A stretch of 64,000 nucleotides of DNA from Patescibacteria group bacterium (GTDB taxonomy: Bacteria; Patescibacteriota; Minisyncoccia; Phycocordibacterales; UBA918): positions 14,078 through 78,077 of the forward strand of contig JAIEOU010000005.1 of assembly GCA_019750255.1 (NCBI GenBank), in the 5' to 3' direction. The first letter of the stretch is position 1, and each line of letters opens with the position of its first letter. Shown here in pieces: positions 11,989 to 20,054 of this stretch. The translations under genes were made by a program, and so were the position numbers. The notes below the pieces were generated by a model. It was not told where the DNA came from and ran no database searches. It saw only the letters and a program-made list of their open reading frames with translations.

Positions 11989-13420
11989 CCACAAACCCCT
12001 CCATAACACTGTTAGTGAATTACGCGCTGCGTACCTAGCAGGTGACACTACTCCAACCCAGGTGGTGGCTGAAGCTCTAGGGATAATAGAGCGGACAGAT
12101 AAGGACATACATGCCTTCCTAGATGTGTACAAAGAGCAGGCCACAGCCGCTGCAGCAGCGGCTACTGCGCGGTTTGCCGCAAAAGAAACTAATCTACCTC
12201 CACTGCTTGGGGTCCCCGTTGCAATCAAAAATAATATTCTTATTAAAGGTGAGCGCGCTACTGCCGGCTCCAAGATGCTCGAGCACTACCGGGCAAGTTA
12301 TGATGCTACTATCATCGAGCGTCTACGCGCGGCGGGTGCCATTTTTATCGGAGCTACCAACATGGACGAATTTGCGATGGGTGGATCAACGGAACATTCT
12401 GCCTACGGTCCCACTCGAAATCCTCTCGCTCCAACCCGTGTGCCGGGCGGGTCATCGGGCGGGTCGGCGGCAGCGGTTGCAATGGGAGCGGCTCCTGTAG
12501 CAATTGGTACTGATACTGGCGGATCCATCAGGCAGCCAGCTAGTTACTGTGGACTTGTTGGCTTCAAGCCGACGTACGGTGCAGTCTCTCGGTATGGCCT
12601 CGTGGCCATGGGTTCGTCACTCGACCAGGCTGGGCCTCTTACACATACTGTTGCTGACGCCAAACTGATTCATGAGGTTATGGTCGGGCGCGATAGTTAC
12701 GACGCGACCTCGCGTGACTATCCTGTCTCTAGCTATGTGAAAGGTACACCGCTCACTTTCGGGGTGCCTCGTTCATTTCTAAAGGACGGCGTTGATGCAG
12801 ATGTGTTGGCGCTATTTGATAAACATTGCGCGGCCATTACTGCTGCTGGTCACAAGGTTGTCGATATTGAACTGCCGCTCTTCGAACAAGGTCTTGCTGC
12901 GTACTACATTGTCATGCCAGCAGAGGTTTCGTCGAACCTAGCGCGCTACGACGGCATCCGTTACGGTTTATCAGTACCCGGCAATGATCTCCTTGCTGTC
13001 TATGAAAATTCTCGTGCGGAGGGATTGGGGGCCGAAGTAAAACGACGCATTTTGCTGGGTACTTACGTGCTGTCGTCCGGATACTACGATGCGTATTACA
13101 AAAAAGCTGAGCTTGTGCGCACAAAAATGCGAGCAGAATTAGCCCAGGTATTTTCTTCGGTTGACGTTATAGTAACTCCAACCGCTCCAACGCCAGCGTT
13201 TAGGTTGGGCGAACAGGCCGACCCTCTTTCAATGTATCGTCAGGATATTTTTACGGTCCCTGTCAATTTAACTGGAATCCCCGCCCTGACTTTTCCAATG
13301 GGGGAGGTCAATCGTGACGCCGATTGCCTGCCGGTTGGGGTACAATATAGTGCACCGCTCGGCCATGACACCCGTCTTCTTGAGATTGGTATCGCCCTTT
13401 ACGACGAGCGGAGTCTCTAA
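11981..13420 (+). CDS. gatA: Asp/Glu-tRNA amidotransferase subunit A (amidase signature)
   Basis: 479 aa with an amidase-signature [12 protein letters not shown] and a Ser-cisSer-Lys triad context. Confidence 0.95.
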   Translation: MTNHKPLHNTVSELRAAYLAGDTTPTQVVAEALGIIERTDKDIHAFLDVYKEQATAAAAAATARFAAKETNLPPLLGVPVAIKNNILIKGERATAGSKMLEHYRASYDATIIERLRAAGAIFIGATNMDEFAMGGSTEHSAYGPTRNPLAPTRVPGGSSGGSAAAVAMGAAPVAIGTDTGGSIRQPASYCGLVGFKPTYGAVSRYGLVAMGSSLDQAGPLTHTVADAKLIHEVMVGRDSYDATSRDYPVSSYVKGTPLTFGVPRSFLKDGVDADVLALFDKHCAAITAAGHKVVDIELPLFEQGLAAYYIVMPAEVSSNLARYDGIRYGLSVPGNDLLAVYENSRAEGLGAEVKRRILLGTYVLSSGYYDAYYKKAELVRTKMRAELAQVFSSVDVIVTPTAPTPAFRLGEQADPLSMYRQDIFTVPVNLTGIPALTFPMGEVNRDADCLPVGVQYSAPLGHDTRLLEIGIALYDERSL

Positions 13421-13422
13421 CC

Positions 13423-14055
13423 ATGGACCCAATAACATTGACCGACCCGGCCATTACTGCTTCTTCAGGCGATGGTGTCGGGCTTATCGGATATGACATT
13501 CTCTCGCCACTACTCGCGTGGCTTTTTGGTTCTGGTCCTCTCAGCGGAGGGACCGCCGGAGTGTTTGGATTTTTAAGTGCTTTATGGTCCATTTATGCCG
13601 TACTTGCCTACATTTTTGCGGCCGCTTGTCTGTATTTGTATGTCTACGCCAGTGTACGTAAGGGGCAATTAGATGAGCTCCGCGATGAACTCTTAGCCCA
13701 TAGTGAGCAGTTGTATGATGAGCAATTCCGTACTGGTCCCAAAAATGACCGACTTGCCGACGTGATTACTCACATCGCTACCGACAATCCGAACGATTGG
13801 AAACTTGCCATCATTGAAGCCGACATTATTCTTGACGACAGTCTTAAGCGAGCTGGTTACAGCGGTGCTTCCTTAGGCGAACGTCTGCGCGCCATTTCAC
13901 CCGCGCAGTTACAAACGCTCGATGACGCCTGGCAAGCGCACAAAGTGCGCAATTTGGTAGCCCACGGTAATGATGACTTTGTCCTTACTCGTCGCTTGGC
14001 CGAAGATACCATTAAGCAATACCGCCGCGTGTTTGATGAATTGGGCGTGAGTTAA
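13423..14055 (+). CDS. Hypothetical membrane protein
   Basis: 210 aa with two TM helices at the N-terminus. No recognised domain. Confidence 0.5.
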   Translation: MDPITLTDPAITASSGDGVGLIGYDILSPLLAWLFGSGPLSGGTAGVFGFLSALWSIYAVLAYIFAAACLYLYVYASVRKGQLDELRDELLAHSEQLYDEQFRTGPKNDRLADVITHIATDNPNDWKLAIIEADIILDDSLKRAGYSGASLGERLRAISPAQLQTLDDAWQAHKVRNLVAHGNDDFVLTRRLAEDTIKQYRRVFDELGVS

Positions 14056-14119
14056 AAGCGCTTCCGCAACGCTGATAGTAAATAAACTTTTCCAGTATCT
14101 GGACAGTTGGTGTTTCTCA

Positions 14120-14127
14120 TGTATAAT
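14120..14127 (+). promoter_or_regulatory. Extended -10 (TGtTATAAT) upstream of tRNA-Met
   Basis: tgtataat lies 18 nt upstream of the tRNA 5' end. Confidence 0.4.
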
Positions 14128-14144
14128 TCTCGGGCTGTATATAT

Positions 14145-14214
14145 AGCGGGGTAGAGGAGCGGTACCTCGGGAGGCTCATAACCTCCAGACCCCGGTTCGA
14201 TTCCGGGCCCCGCA
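14145..14214 (+). tRNA. tRNA-Met (anticodon CAT), initiator-like
   Basis: Cloverleaf with anticodon loop cuCAUaa. Initiator hallmarks are A11:U24 and a 1:72 mismatch (A.A); only 2 of the 3 G-C pairs are in the anticodon stem. CCA is not encoded. Confidence 0.7.
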
Positions 14215-14223
14215 ACACGATAG

Positions 14224-14252
14224 AAAACCCCAGGCAAAAGCCTGGGGTTTTC
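14224..14252 (+). terminator. Rho-independent terminator
   Basis: aaaaccccagg-caaaag-cctggggtttt. Confidence 0.8.
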
Positions 14253-14320
14253 TAGTATTGCATGACTAAGATCCAGCTACATAAGCAGGTGAATTTGTTG
14301 TAAGACCGGTTGAGGTCGTT

Positions 14321-15028
14321 CTAATTCTGATTGGTGAGGTGGCGAGTCTGAGCTTCAATTACATCCTGAAGCGTTTTAGTTGCCAAGCCATCAAGGAGCC
14401 CTTGTGCTTGAAAAAATGAAATCTCCTCAGACAGATGTTCAAGTGAGGATGTCGAGGCCGCTGCAGTAATGTTGTTACTCAGCAGCAAGCTAGCTCTGTC
14501 GCGCAAATACTCCCAGGTTGGCATAAAGTCATCAGTGCTCATTCTTCCCTCCGCAACCTCATTTCGCAGCAGTGCTAGCGCTCCCATGACGTCATCTGGA
14601 TCAGTTAGTGCATCAAGGTCATTTGTGAGTATTGCAAGAGCTGGTTGCTCGGTTGAAGGAGCCGGATTTCTGGCTTCTTCAATGAAAGATTCTAGTTCGC
14701 TCAAGAACTCTTCGGTGGTCTCTGGGATTCGATAATCCTTTACTTCTGCCGCTATCGCCTGGTCTCTTTTATCTTTGACAACTAACGCAAAACTAACTAT
14801 GTGACCCCTGTCGGCTTCGGGTAACTCGCTCGCACCTGTATCGCGAAGATTACTGATTATTTGCGTGATATAAACAGCATTATCAACGAGGTCGCTGCGG
14901 TGTCCTTGTACCATATCGGGATGAACGCACTTTAATAAGGAAGTACATCTTTTTCTTTTCTCCACTTGTTCATTACGAGGCTGTATGGCTTCAGGCATAT
15001 GGAAACAGTGTACCAGTCTCATAACCAA
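14321..15028 (-). CDS. Hypothetical protein
   Basis: 235-aa ORF with no recognisable motif. Divergent from 15058. The true start may be an internal Met. Confidence 0.45.
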   Translation of the reverse strand: MVMRLVHCFHMPEAIQPRNEQVEKRKRCTSLLKCVHPDMVQGHRSDLVDNAVYITQIISNLRDTGASELPEADRGHIVSFALVVKDKRDQAIAAEVKDYRIPETTEEFLSELESFIEEARNPAPSTEQPALAILTNDLDALTDPDDVMGALALLRNEVAEGRMSTDDFMPTWEYLRDRASLLLSNNITAAASTSSLEHLSEEISFFQAQGLLDGLATKTLQDVIEAQTRHLTNQN

Positions 15029-15042
15029 GCGTCGAACCGTCT

Positions 15043-15051
15043 TGTTATAAT
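15043..15051 (+). promoter_or_regulatory. Extended -10 TGtTATAAT, 6 nt before ATG 15058 (leaderless)
   Basis: tgttataat immediately precedes the start codon. Confidence 0.45.
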
Positions 15052-15057
15052 GACCAT

Positions 15058-15735
15058 ATGCAATGCGTTATTTTAGCGGCCGGAAAAGGTACACGACTAC
15101 GTCCATTAACTGAACATACACCGAAGCCACTCGTGAAGGTGCTAGGAAAGCCTCTGCTCGACCATGTTGCTGAGGCGTTGCCGAGCGCTGTTGAAGAAAT
15201 TATCCTGGTGATTGGGTACTTGGGAGAGCAGATTCGCGAGCACTGTGGTGAGACATATTATGGTCGAAAGGTTACCTATGTTGAACAGGTTGAACAGAAA
15301 GGAACCGGACACGCACTATGGTTGTGCAAAGATTTAATCAAGGGCCGTTTTCTCTATATGTTTGCCGACGATATTCACGGTAAGTTGGATATCACTCGGG
15401 CATGTTCATTCACCCGTTCAATGCTCACGTTAACTACCGAAACCCCTGAACGGTTCGGTATCGTACTGCGTAATCCTGATGGAACTCTCGGTGAGTTTAT
15501 TGAAAAGCCCATCCATGCTCCGTCAAATCTCGCGTCCACCGGGGTCTTTGTCCTTGATCAGAAGATCTTTGAATTCAAACCTGAAATTGAAACAAACGGA
15601 GAGTTCTATCACACTAATGTTATTAAGGAGTATGCGAAGCACTACCCAATAGCGGTGGTTGAACAGTCGCTCTGGATACCGATTGGCTACCCAGAAGATA
15701 TAGAGAAGGCAGAGCATCTATTAGCGCATACATAG
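15058..15735 (+). CDS. Sugar-phosphate nucleotidyltransferase (NTP_transferase family, e.g. glucose-1-P thymidylyl/uridylyltransferase-like)
   Basis: N-terminus ILAAGKGTRLRPLTxxxPKPLV is the canonical nucleotidyltransferase G-rich loop. Confidence 0.75.
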   Translation: MQCVILAAGKGTRLRPLTEHTPKPLVKVLGKPLLDHVAEALPSAVEEIILVIGYLGEQIREHCGETYYGRKVTYVEQVEQKGTGHALWLCKDLIKGRFLYMFADDIHGKLDITRACSFTRSMLTLTTETPERFGIVLRNPDGTLGEFIEKPIHAPSNLASTGVFVLDQKIFEFKPEIETNGEFYHTNVIKEYAKHYPIAVVEQSLWIPIGYPEDIEKAEHLLAHT

Positions 15736-15765
15736 TAAAAGACCCCAGGAGGGGCCTTCTACATG

Positions 15766-15839
15766 CGCGAGCGAAGGGATTCGAACCCTCGACCTCTTCC
15801 GTGACAGGGAAGCGCTCTAACCAGCTGAGCTACGCCCGC
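15766..15839 (-). tRNA. tRNA-Asp (GTC)
   Basis: Reverse complement folds as GCGGGCG...anticodon loop cuGUCac...TTCGAATCC. 74 nt. Confidence 0.85.
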
Positions 15840-15909
15840 AAACTACTTGTATGTAGGTGGCACGAGTATATAAGGTTTACGTACAAAATTCAATAGCGGC
15901 CGTCCAGGG

Positions 15910-15983
15910 TGTCGATGGGAGGAATTGAACCTCCGACCTTAGCTTTATGAGTGCTACGCTCTAACCAACTGAGCTACATCGAC
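15910..15983 (-). tRNA. tRNA with CAT anticodon (elongator Met or lysidine Ile2)
   Basis: The reverse complement has anticodon loop cuCAUaa and acceptor GTCGATG/CATCGAC with a G1-C72 pair, so it is not an initiator. Confidence 0.75.
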
Positions 15984-16070
15984 AATTATGTAGGTCGTAG
16001 AGTACTACATAATTGAGCTGTTATCAACGGACCAAGAGGGAAGGAGTACCGGGCTGGTAGAATAATGTAT

Positions 16071-16706
16071 ATGCTTACCAAACATCACTATTACGTAATC
16101 GCTTTTTCAGCGCTCTATCTAATCCTTGGCGGTATCTTCTTCGCCCGTGATTTTAACCTCGAATTTATCATCTATGTCGGGGTAATTATCGCCATCTTTG
16201 CGGGTGTGTTTGCTTCGTTGCGACATACCCAATTCCCAGTGTGGATGTTGTGGCTCTTGTCGGTGTGGGGACTTATGCACGTCCTCGGTGGGGCGGTTGA
16301 TACCAGAGACGGAGTACTCTTCGCCTATCGTATCTACCCGTTTCTTGATAGTGGTGGAGATTTTTATATTCTCAAATATGATCAGGTTGTCCATGGCTAT
16401 TTATACGGCTTGGTCGCGCTCATGAGTTACCACCTCCTTCGGGTGCCCTTCGGTGTTTCCAAAAATACGGTACTGGTGGCATTGGCAGCAGCGCTCATTT
16501 CACTGGGCGTGAGCGGTCTGAACGAAATCATGGAGTTTCTGATTGCGGTTAATCTTGAGAATAATGGTGTGGGAGGGTACGAGAACGCTATGCTTGATCT
16601 CTGTTTTAATTGGGGTGGGGCAGTGTTGGCGGTTGTCATCTATGCATTCCTAGAGAACCGAAGTTGTGATTGTAAATCAGAGACGCTACTAGCTTTGCGG
16701 GAATAA
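16071..16706 (+). CDS. Hypothetical polytopic membrane protein
   Basis: About 6 TM helices. The ORF track starts at 16065, but a TGgTAGAAT -10 at 16055-16063 places the transcription start at about ATG 16071 (leaderless). Confidence 0.5.
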   Translation: MLTKHHYYVIAFSALYLILGGIFFARDFNLEFIIYVGVIIAIFAGVFASLRHTQFPVWMLWLLSVWGLMHVLGGAVDTRDGVLFAYRIYPFLDSGGDFYILKYDQVVHGYLYGLVALMSYHLLRVPFGVSKNTVLVALAAALISLGVSGLNEIMEFLIAVNLENNGVGGYENAMLDLCFNWGGAVLAVVIYAFLENRSCDCKSETLLALRE

Positions 16707-16753
16707 GGAGTCCATCAAGTTAACAAACGGAAGTCTACGATAAGTAGTCTTGT

Positions 16754-16829
16754 TGGAGCCGACCCGGGGATTCGAACCCCGGACCTACGATTTACGATAC
16801 CGTTGCTCTACCATCTGAGCTAGGTCGGC
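16754..16829 (-). tRNA. tRNA-Thr (CGT)
   Basis: The reverse complement is GCCGACC...anticodon loop auCGUaa...GGTTCGAATCC...GGTCGGC-T-CCA, with CCA encoded. Confidence 0.8.
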
Positions 16830-16940
16830 AATGGTAAAAATAATAGCACAAATAAAAAAGTAGATGTGACGGTGGTTTGAATCTATAAACTTTTGTTTTG
16901 TTAAATAGTAGACTAATATTACAATATAGTATCGCTCTGT

Positions 16941-17558
16941 ATGATAAATAAAAGTACCTTACAAAAGTTATATGGTGAAAAAAAGTATTCTTCTGTTCAG
17001 ATAGCTAAGGAGCGTGGCTGTTCACCGGGACAAGTTAATTACTGGCTGTCTAAGTATTGTATTAAGAAGCGATCAATTTCCGATGCGGTATATGAGAAAT
17101 CTAACCCTGGTGGGGATCCATTTAGTTTACTTAAGGTGCGCTCTAAAGAGGAGTGGTTTTTGTATGGTCTTGGTCTGGGGTTGTATTGGGGAGAAGGTAA
17201 TAAAGCTAATCGCCTAGCTGTTCGACTTGGTAACACTGACCCTGGTCTTGTCCGAACGTTTCTTCGTTTTCTCTCGACCATTTACCGTGTTGACACCAGT
17301 CGTCTACGATTTGGTTTACAAATTTTCTCAGATTTAGATCCGGTGGAAGCAAAAGCATTTTGGTCAAAGGAACTTGGTGTAAGTGCTACGCAATTCCAAA
17401 AAACAGCTACAGTCTCTCGAATCCGCCGCGGAACGTACACGCATAAGGCTGCACATGGTGTACTCACTGTTTATTTTTCAAATACTAAACTTCGTGCTAC
17501 TATCATGGCCGCAATTGAAAAATTGCAAAAGCAACAGAACAGTACACTGCCGATGTAG
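16941..17558 (+). CDS. HTH + LAGLIDADG-like (single-motif) putative homing endonuclease/maturase
   Basis: N-terminal HTH (SSVQIAKERGCSPGQVNYWLSKY). The motif GLGLYWGEGNK aligns to LAGLIDADGS (G-L-x-x-G-E-G-N). Its stop lies 10 nt inside the intron-containing tRNA-Thr. Paralog of 53323..53982. Confidence 0.5.
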   Translation: MINKSTLQKLYGEKKYSSVQIAKERGCSPGQVNYWLSKYCIKKRSISDAVYEKSNPGGDPFSLLKVRSKEEWFLYGLGLGLYWGEGNKANRLAVRLGNTDPGLVRTFLRFLSTIYRVDTSRLRFGLQIFSDLDPVEAKAFWSKELGVSATQFQKTATVSRIRRGTYTHKAAHGVLTVYFSNTKLRATIMAAIEKLQKQQNSTLPM

Positions 17559-17819
17559 CTCAGCTGGTAGAGCACTTCCATGGTGGGTCGCATGACCTTG
17601 CCCGTGCTTGCGGTAACGTGAGCAACGAATCCCGAATAACGGTTAATAGCCATGTGTTGGCCAAGACCGTGGCCTTCTTTGCAAGAAGGCCCGAACGACT
17701 GCCAAGGGAGCACCAATTAAATGGTGCAAGATACAGTCTAGCCCCTCGATATGCACATAAATAAACGAGGGTGTAAGCGAAGGAAGAGGTCTCCGGTTCG
17801 ATCCCGGACATCGGCTCCA
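17549..17819 (+). tRNA. tRNA-Thr (GGT) interrupted by a ~195-nt group I-like intron between positions 36 and 37
   Basis: 5' exon GCCGATG-TAGCTCAGCTGGTAGAGC-A-CTTCC-AUGGU (17549-17584). 3' exon AA-GGAAG-AGGTC-TCCGGTTCGATCCCGGA-CATCGGC-T-CCA (17780-17819). Acceptor, D, anticodon and T stems all pair. The rule that the 5' exon ends in U and the intron ends in G is met only for a 36/37 insertion. Confidence 0.7.
17585..17779 (+). mobile_element. Candidate group I intron (IC3-like, same anticodon-loop position as the Azoarcus tRNA-Ile and Agrobacterium tRNA-Arg introns)
   Basis: R/S-like elements form P7: cgaacGACUGccaa and aagauaCAGUCuag (compare S consensus AAGAUAUAGUCC). It ends in G (omegaG) directly before the 3' exon. 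No ORF lies inside. Confidence 0.55.
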
Positions 17820-17822
17820 CAT

Positions 17823-17846
17823 AAAACCCCGCAAGGGGTTTTATTT
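17823..17846 (+). terminator. Rho-independent terminator after tRNA-Thr
   Basis: aaaacccc-gcaa-ggggtttt. Confidence 0.8.
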
Positions 17847-17861
17847 ATCTCAAAAAGCGAG

Positions 17862-17890
17862 AAGGCCGCCCGGTTGGGCGGCCTTGCATT
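17862..17890. terminator. Second GC-rich hairpin (likely bidirectional terminator for the convergent genes)
   Basis: aaggccgccc-ggtt-gggcggcctt. Confidence 0.5.
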
Positions 17891-18376
17891 TTAATGATCC
17901 ATGAACCTTCGAGATCGAGCGAGGTTGAATAGTTTGCTGGCTGCCCGGCGAAGGATTGAGCACGTCAGCGAGTGGTCGTTGAGTATGCCGGCATCGAGCC
18001 ACCCTGCTTCTTCCGGTCCACGAGCCAGCGTGTGTTCTTCTGCTGGGGTAACGATGACGATAGGCAAATGTATGCGATAGGGAATGTCAGCTGCGATAAC
18101 ACTCGTGGTCCCCTCAAATGGCGATTGTTGCGGAATTACCCCCGCCGTACCAATGTCCTTTCCGGTGAAGCGAAGTGCGTGTGGCCCGACTTTTTCTACT
18201 ACTAGTCTTGTAACTGTATTCAAAAGAAAGTGAGGCGGTAGTTCCTGCTCAATGTGGACAACTCCCGCCATCAGTAGACGCCAATGATACCCCGGGCTAC
18301 GCACAGCCAATAATTTATAGTTTGGGTGGGGTGAGTCCGAGTTGATGCACATCGGCATGAAACGATGACTAATCAT
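17891..18376 (-). CDS. dCTP deaminase/dUTPase-superfamily protein (putative)
   Basis: 161 aa. ...TLARGPEEAGWLDAGILN resembles the Dcd/Dut G-x-x-D-x-G motif region. Weak assignment. Confidence 0.35.
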   Translation of the reverse strand: MISHRFMPMCINSDSPHPNYKLLAVRSPGYHWRLLMAGVVHIEQELPPHFLLNTVTRLVVEKVGPHALRFTGKDIGTAGVIPQQSPFEGTTSVIAADIPYRIHLPIVIVTPAEEHTLARGPEEAGWLDAGILNDHSLTCSILRRAASKLFNLARSRRFMDH

Positions 18377-18449
18377 TGTTCTTCCTCCACAAATCCTCTT
18401 CTACGCTACGCTTCTCTAATGTCTTTGTCAAAGCAGATCTGGGCTCTTT

Positions 18450-18458
18450 TTGGTATAC
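18450..18458 (+). promoter_or_regulatory. Extended -10 TGgTATACT, 10 nt before the prfB ATG
   Basis: tggtatact. Confidence 0.4.
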
Positions 18459-18468
18459 TGGGTGACTT

Positions 18469-19350
18469 ATGAAACCTGAAGAAAAGAGCGCCCGAATTGC
18501 CGAAATTGAAGCGGCCATGCTGGCGCCAACGTTTTGGAGCGACCCTCGGGTCGCGCAGTCACTCATCAAAGAGCTGCAAGATTTAAAGGATGTATCGGAT
18601 GGGAAGGGTAAATTTGATCGCAACGACGCCGTCTTTACGATTGTCGCGGGTGCTGGCGGTGATGACGCAGAAGACTTTGCACGTATGTTGGTTGAAATGT
18701 ATCAGCGGTATGCGCTCGGTCGGGGATGGCCAGTGACTATTCTTGATAGTAATGCTAATACCGAAAATGGCTACCGTAACATTACCTTTCAGGTGGGAGG
18801 AAAGGGAGCGTACGGTAGTTTACGGAGCGAGTCGGGCGTCCATCGACTCGTGCGCATCTCGCCATTTAACGCTAACGACAAACGACAGACTTCCTTTGTT
18901 CTCGTTGAGGTGTCACCCTATTTTGCTCAGGTAGAAGCGAGTGTCCTGGCTGACGATGATCTTGAGATTTCTTTTGCTCGGTCGGGCGGGGCTGGGGGGC
19001 AAAACGTTAATAAGCGGGAGACTGCCGTGCGCATCGTTCATACACCGACAAACATTTCTGTTAACGTTTCAACCGAACGATCACAGCAGCAGAACCGCGA
19101 GCGGGGGTTGGCACTCCTAGCTGGAAAGGTGTTCGCTTTTGAAGAGTTGCAACGAGCGCGTGAGCTTCAGGGACTGTCGGTAGAAAAGACAGTAAAGATT
19201 GAGTGGGGGAGTCAAATCCGTTCGTACGTCCTCCATCCCTACCAGCTGGTTAAGGATCACCGAACAAACTTAGAAATTCGGGATGTGGAGCGCGTACTGG
19301 GGGGCGATATCCAGGCGTTTATCGACGCTGCTAGCGAGGTGATTTTATAG
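18469..19350 (+). CDS. prfB: Peptide chain release factor 2
   Basis: SPF tripeptide (RISPFNAND) and GGQ ([10 protein letters not shown]). N-terminally short relative to E. coli RF2. No in-frame upstream segment or CUU-UGA frameshift site is present. Confidence 0.85.
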   Translation: MKPEEKSARIAEIEAAMLAPTFWSDPRVAQSLIKELQDLKDVSDGKGKFDRNDAVFTIVAGAGGDDAEDFARMLVEMYQRYALGRGWPVTILDSNANTENGYRNITFQVGGKGAYGSLRSESGVHRLVRISPFNANDKRQTSFVLVEVSPYFAQVEASVLADDDLEISFARSGGAGGQNVNKRETAVRIVHTPTNISVNVSTERSQQQNRERGLALLAGKVFAFEELQRARELQGLSVEKTVKIEWGSQIRSYVLHPYQLVKDHRTNLEIRDVERVLGGDIQAFIDAASEVIL

Positions 19351-19352
19351 CG

Positions 19353-19361
19353 TGGTATACT
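19353..19361 (+). promoter_or_regulatory. Extended -10 TGgTATACT, 7 nt before the ftsE ATG (leaderless)
   Basis: tggtatact. Confidence 0.4.
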
Positions 19362-19368
19362 TTAGTGC

Positions 19369-20052
19369 ATGATTTATTTTGATAACGTTTCTAAGCTCTA
19401 TAGCGACGGTCGGTCGGCGGCGCTTCAAGAAGTTACGTTTCAAATTGCTCCTAAAGAATTTGTATCAATCGTCGGGCATTCGGGTGCCGGAAAGACTACG
19501 CTTCTTAAAATGATTATTGCCGAGGATAGACCGACGTCTGGTCAGGTATATTTTGAATCACTTGATGTTCACAAGATTCCGCGTTCGCGTCTACCACACT
19601 ATCGCCGTAAGATTGGTACGGTCTTTCAAGATTTTAAGCTCCTGCCTAATAAGACCGCATACGAAAATATCGCCTTTGCCATGGAGGCTAACGGTCGCAC
19701 TGACGAAGAGATTGCCGAAAATGTTCCCCAGGCCCTTGCCCTGGTAGATCTCGACGACAAAGCCTGGAATTTTCCTAGTGAACTGTCCGGTGGAGAAAAG
19801 CAACGGGTCGCGATTGCGCGGGCGATTGTTAATCAGCCTGACATCATTGTGGCGGACGAGCCAACAGGTAACCTCGACCCCATCGCTACCTACGAGGTAG
19901 TACAGATTCTTCGTAAAATTAATGACCTTGGCACCACGGTGATCATGACCACTCACAATAAGGGAGTGATTGACGAGCTTGGCCGGCGCGTTATTACTAT
20001 GGACGAAGGTCGCATTGTTCGTGACGATGAGACAGGTAAGTACGTGCTATAG
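19369..20052 (+). CDS. ftsE: Cell-division ABC ATPase FtsE
   Basis: Walker A GHSGAGKTT, signature LSGGEKQR and Walker B. Followed by ftsX. Confidence 0.85.
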   Translation: MIYFDNVSKLYSDGRSAALQEVTFQIAPKEFVSIVGHSGAGKTTLLKMIIAEDRPTSGQVYFESLDVHKIPRSRLPHYRRKIGTVFQDFKLLPNKTAYENIAFAMEANGRTDEEIAENVPQALALVDLDDKAWNFPSELSGGEKQRVAIARAIVNQPDIIVADEPTGNLDPIATYEVVQILRKINDLGTTVIMTTHNKGVIDELGRRVITMDEGRIVRDDETGKYVL

Positions 20053-20054
20053 TT

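Noticed and set aside
17560-17834. Minus-strand ORFs (86 aa, 63 aa) overlapping the tRNA-Thr intron.
   Set aside because: Their translations include tRNA-derived GIEPETS-type peptides, which marks them as artefacts of a structured RNA region.
18417-18468. Searched for the RF2 programmed +1 frameshift site (CUU UGA C).
   Set aside because: The UGA at 18462 is preceded by GGG, not CUU, and sits in a frame closed by TAA 45 nt upstream with no ATG.
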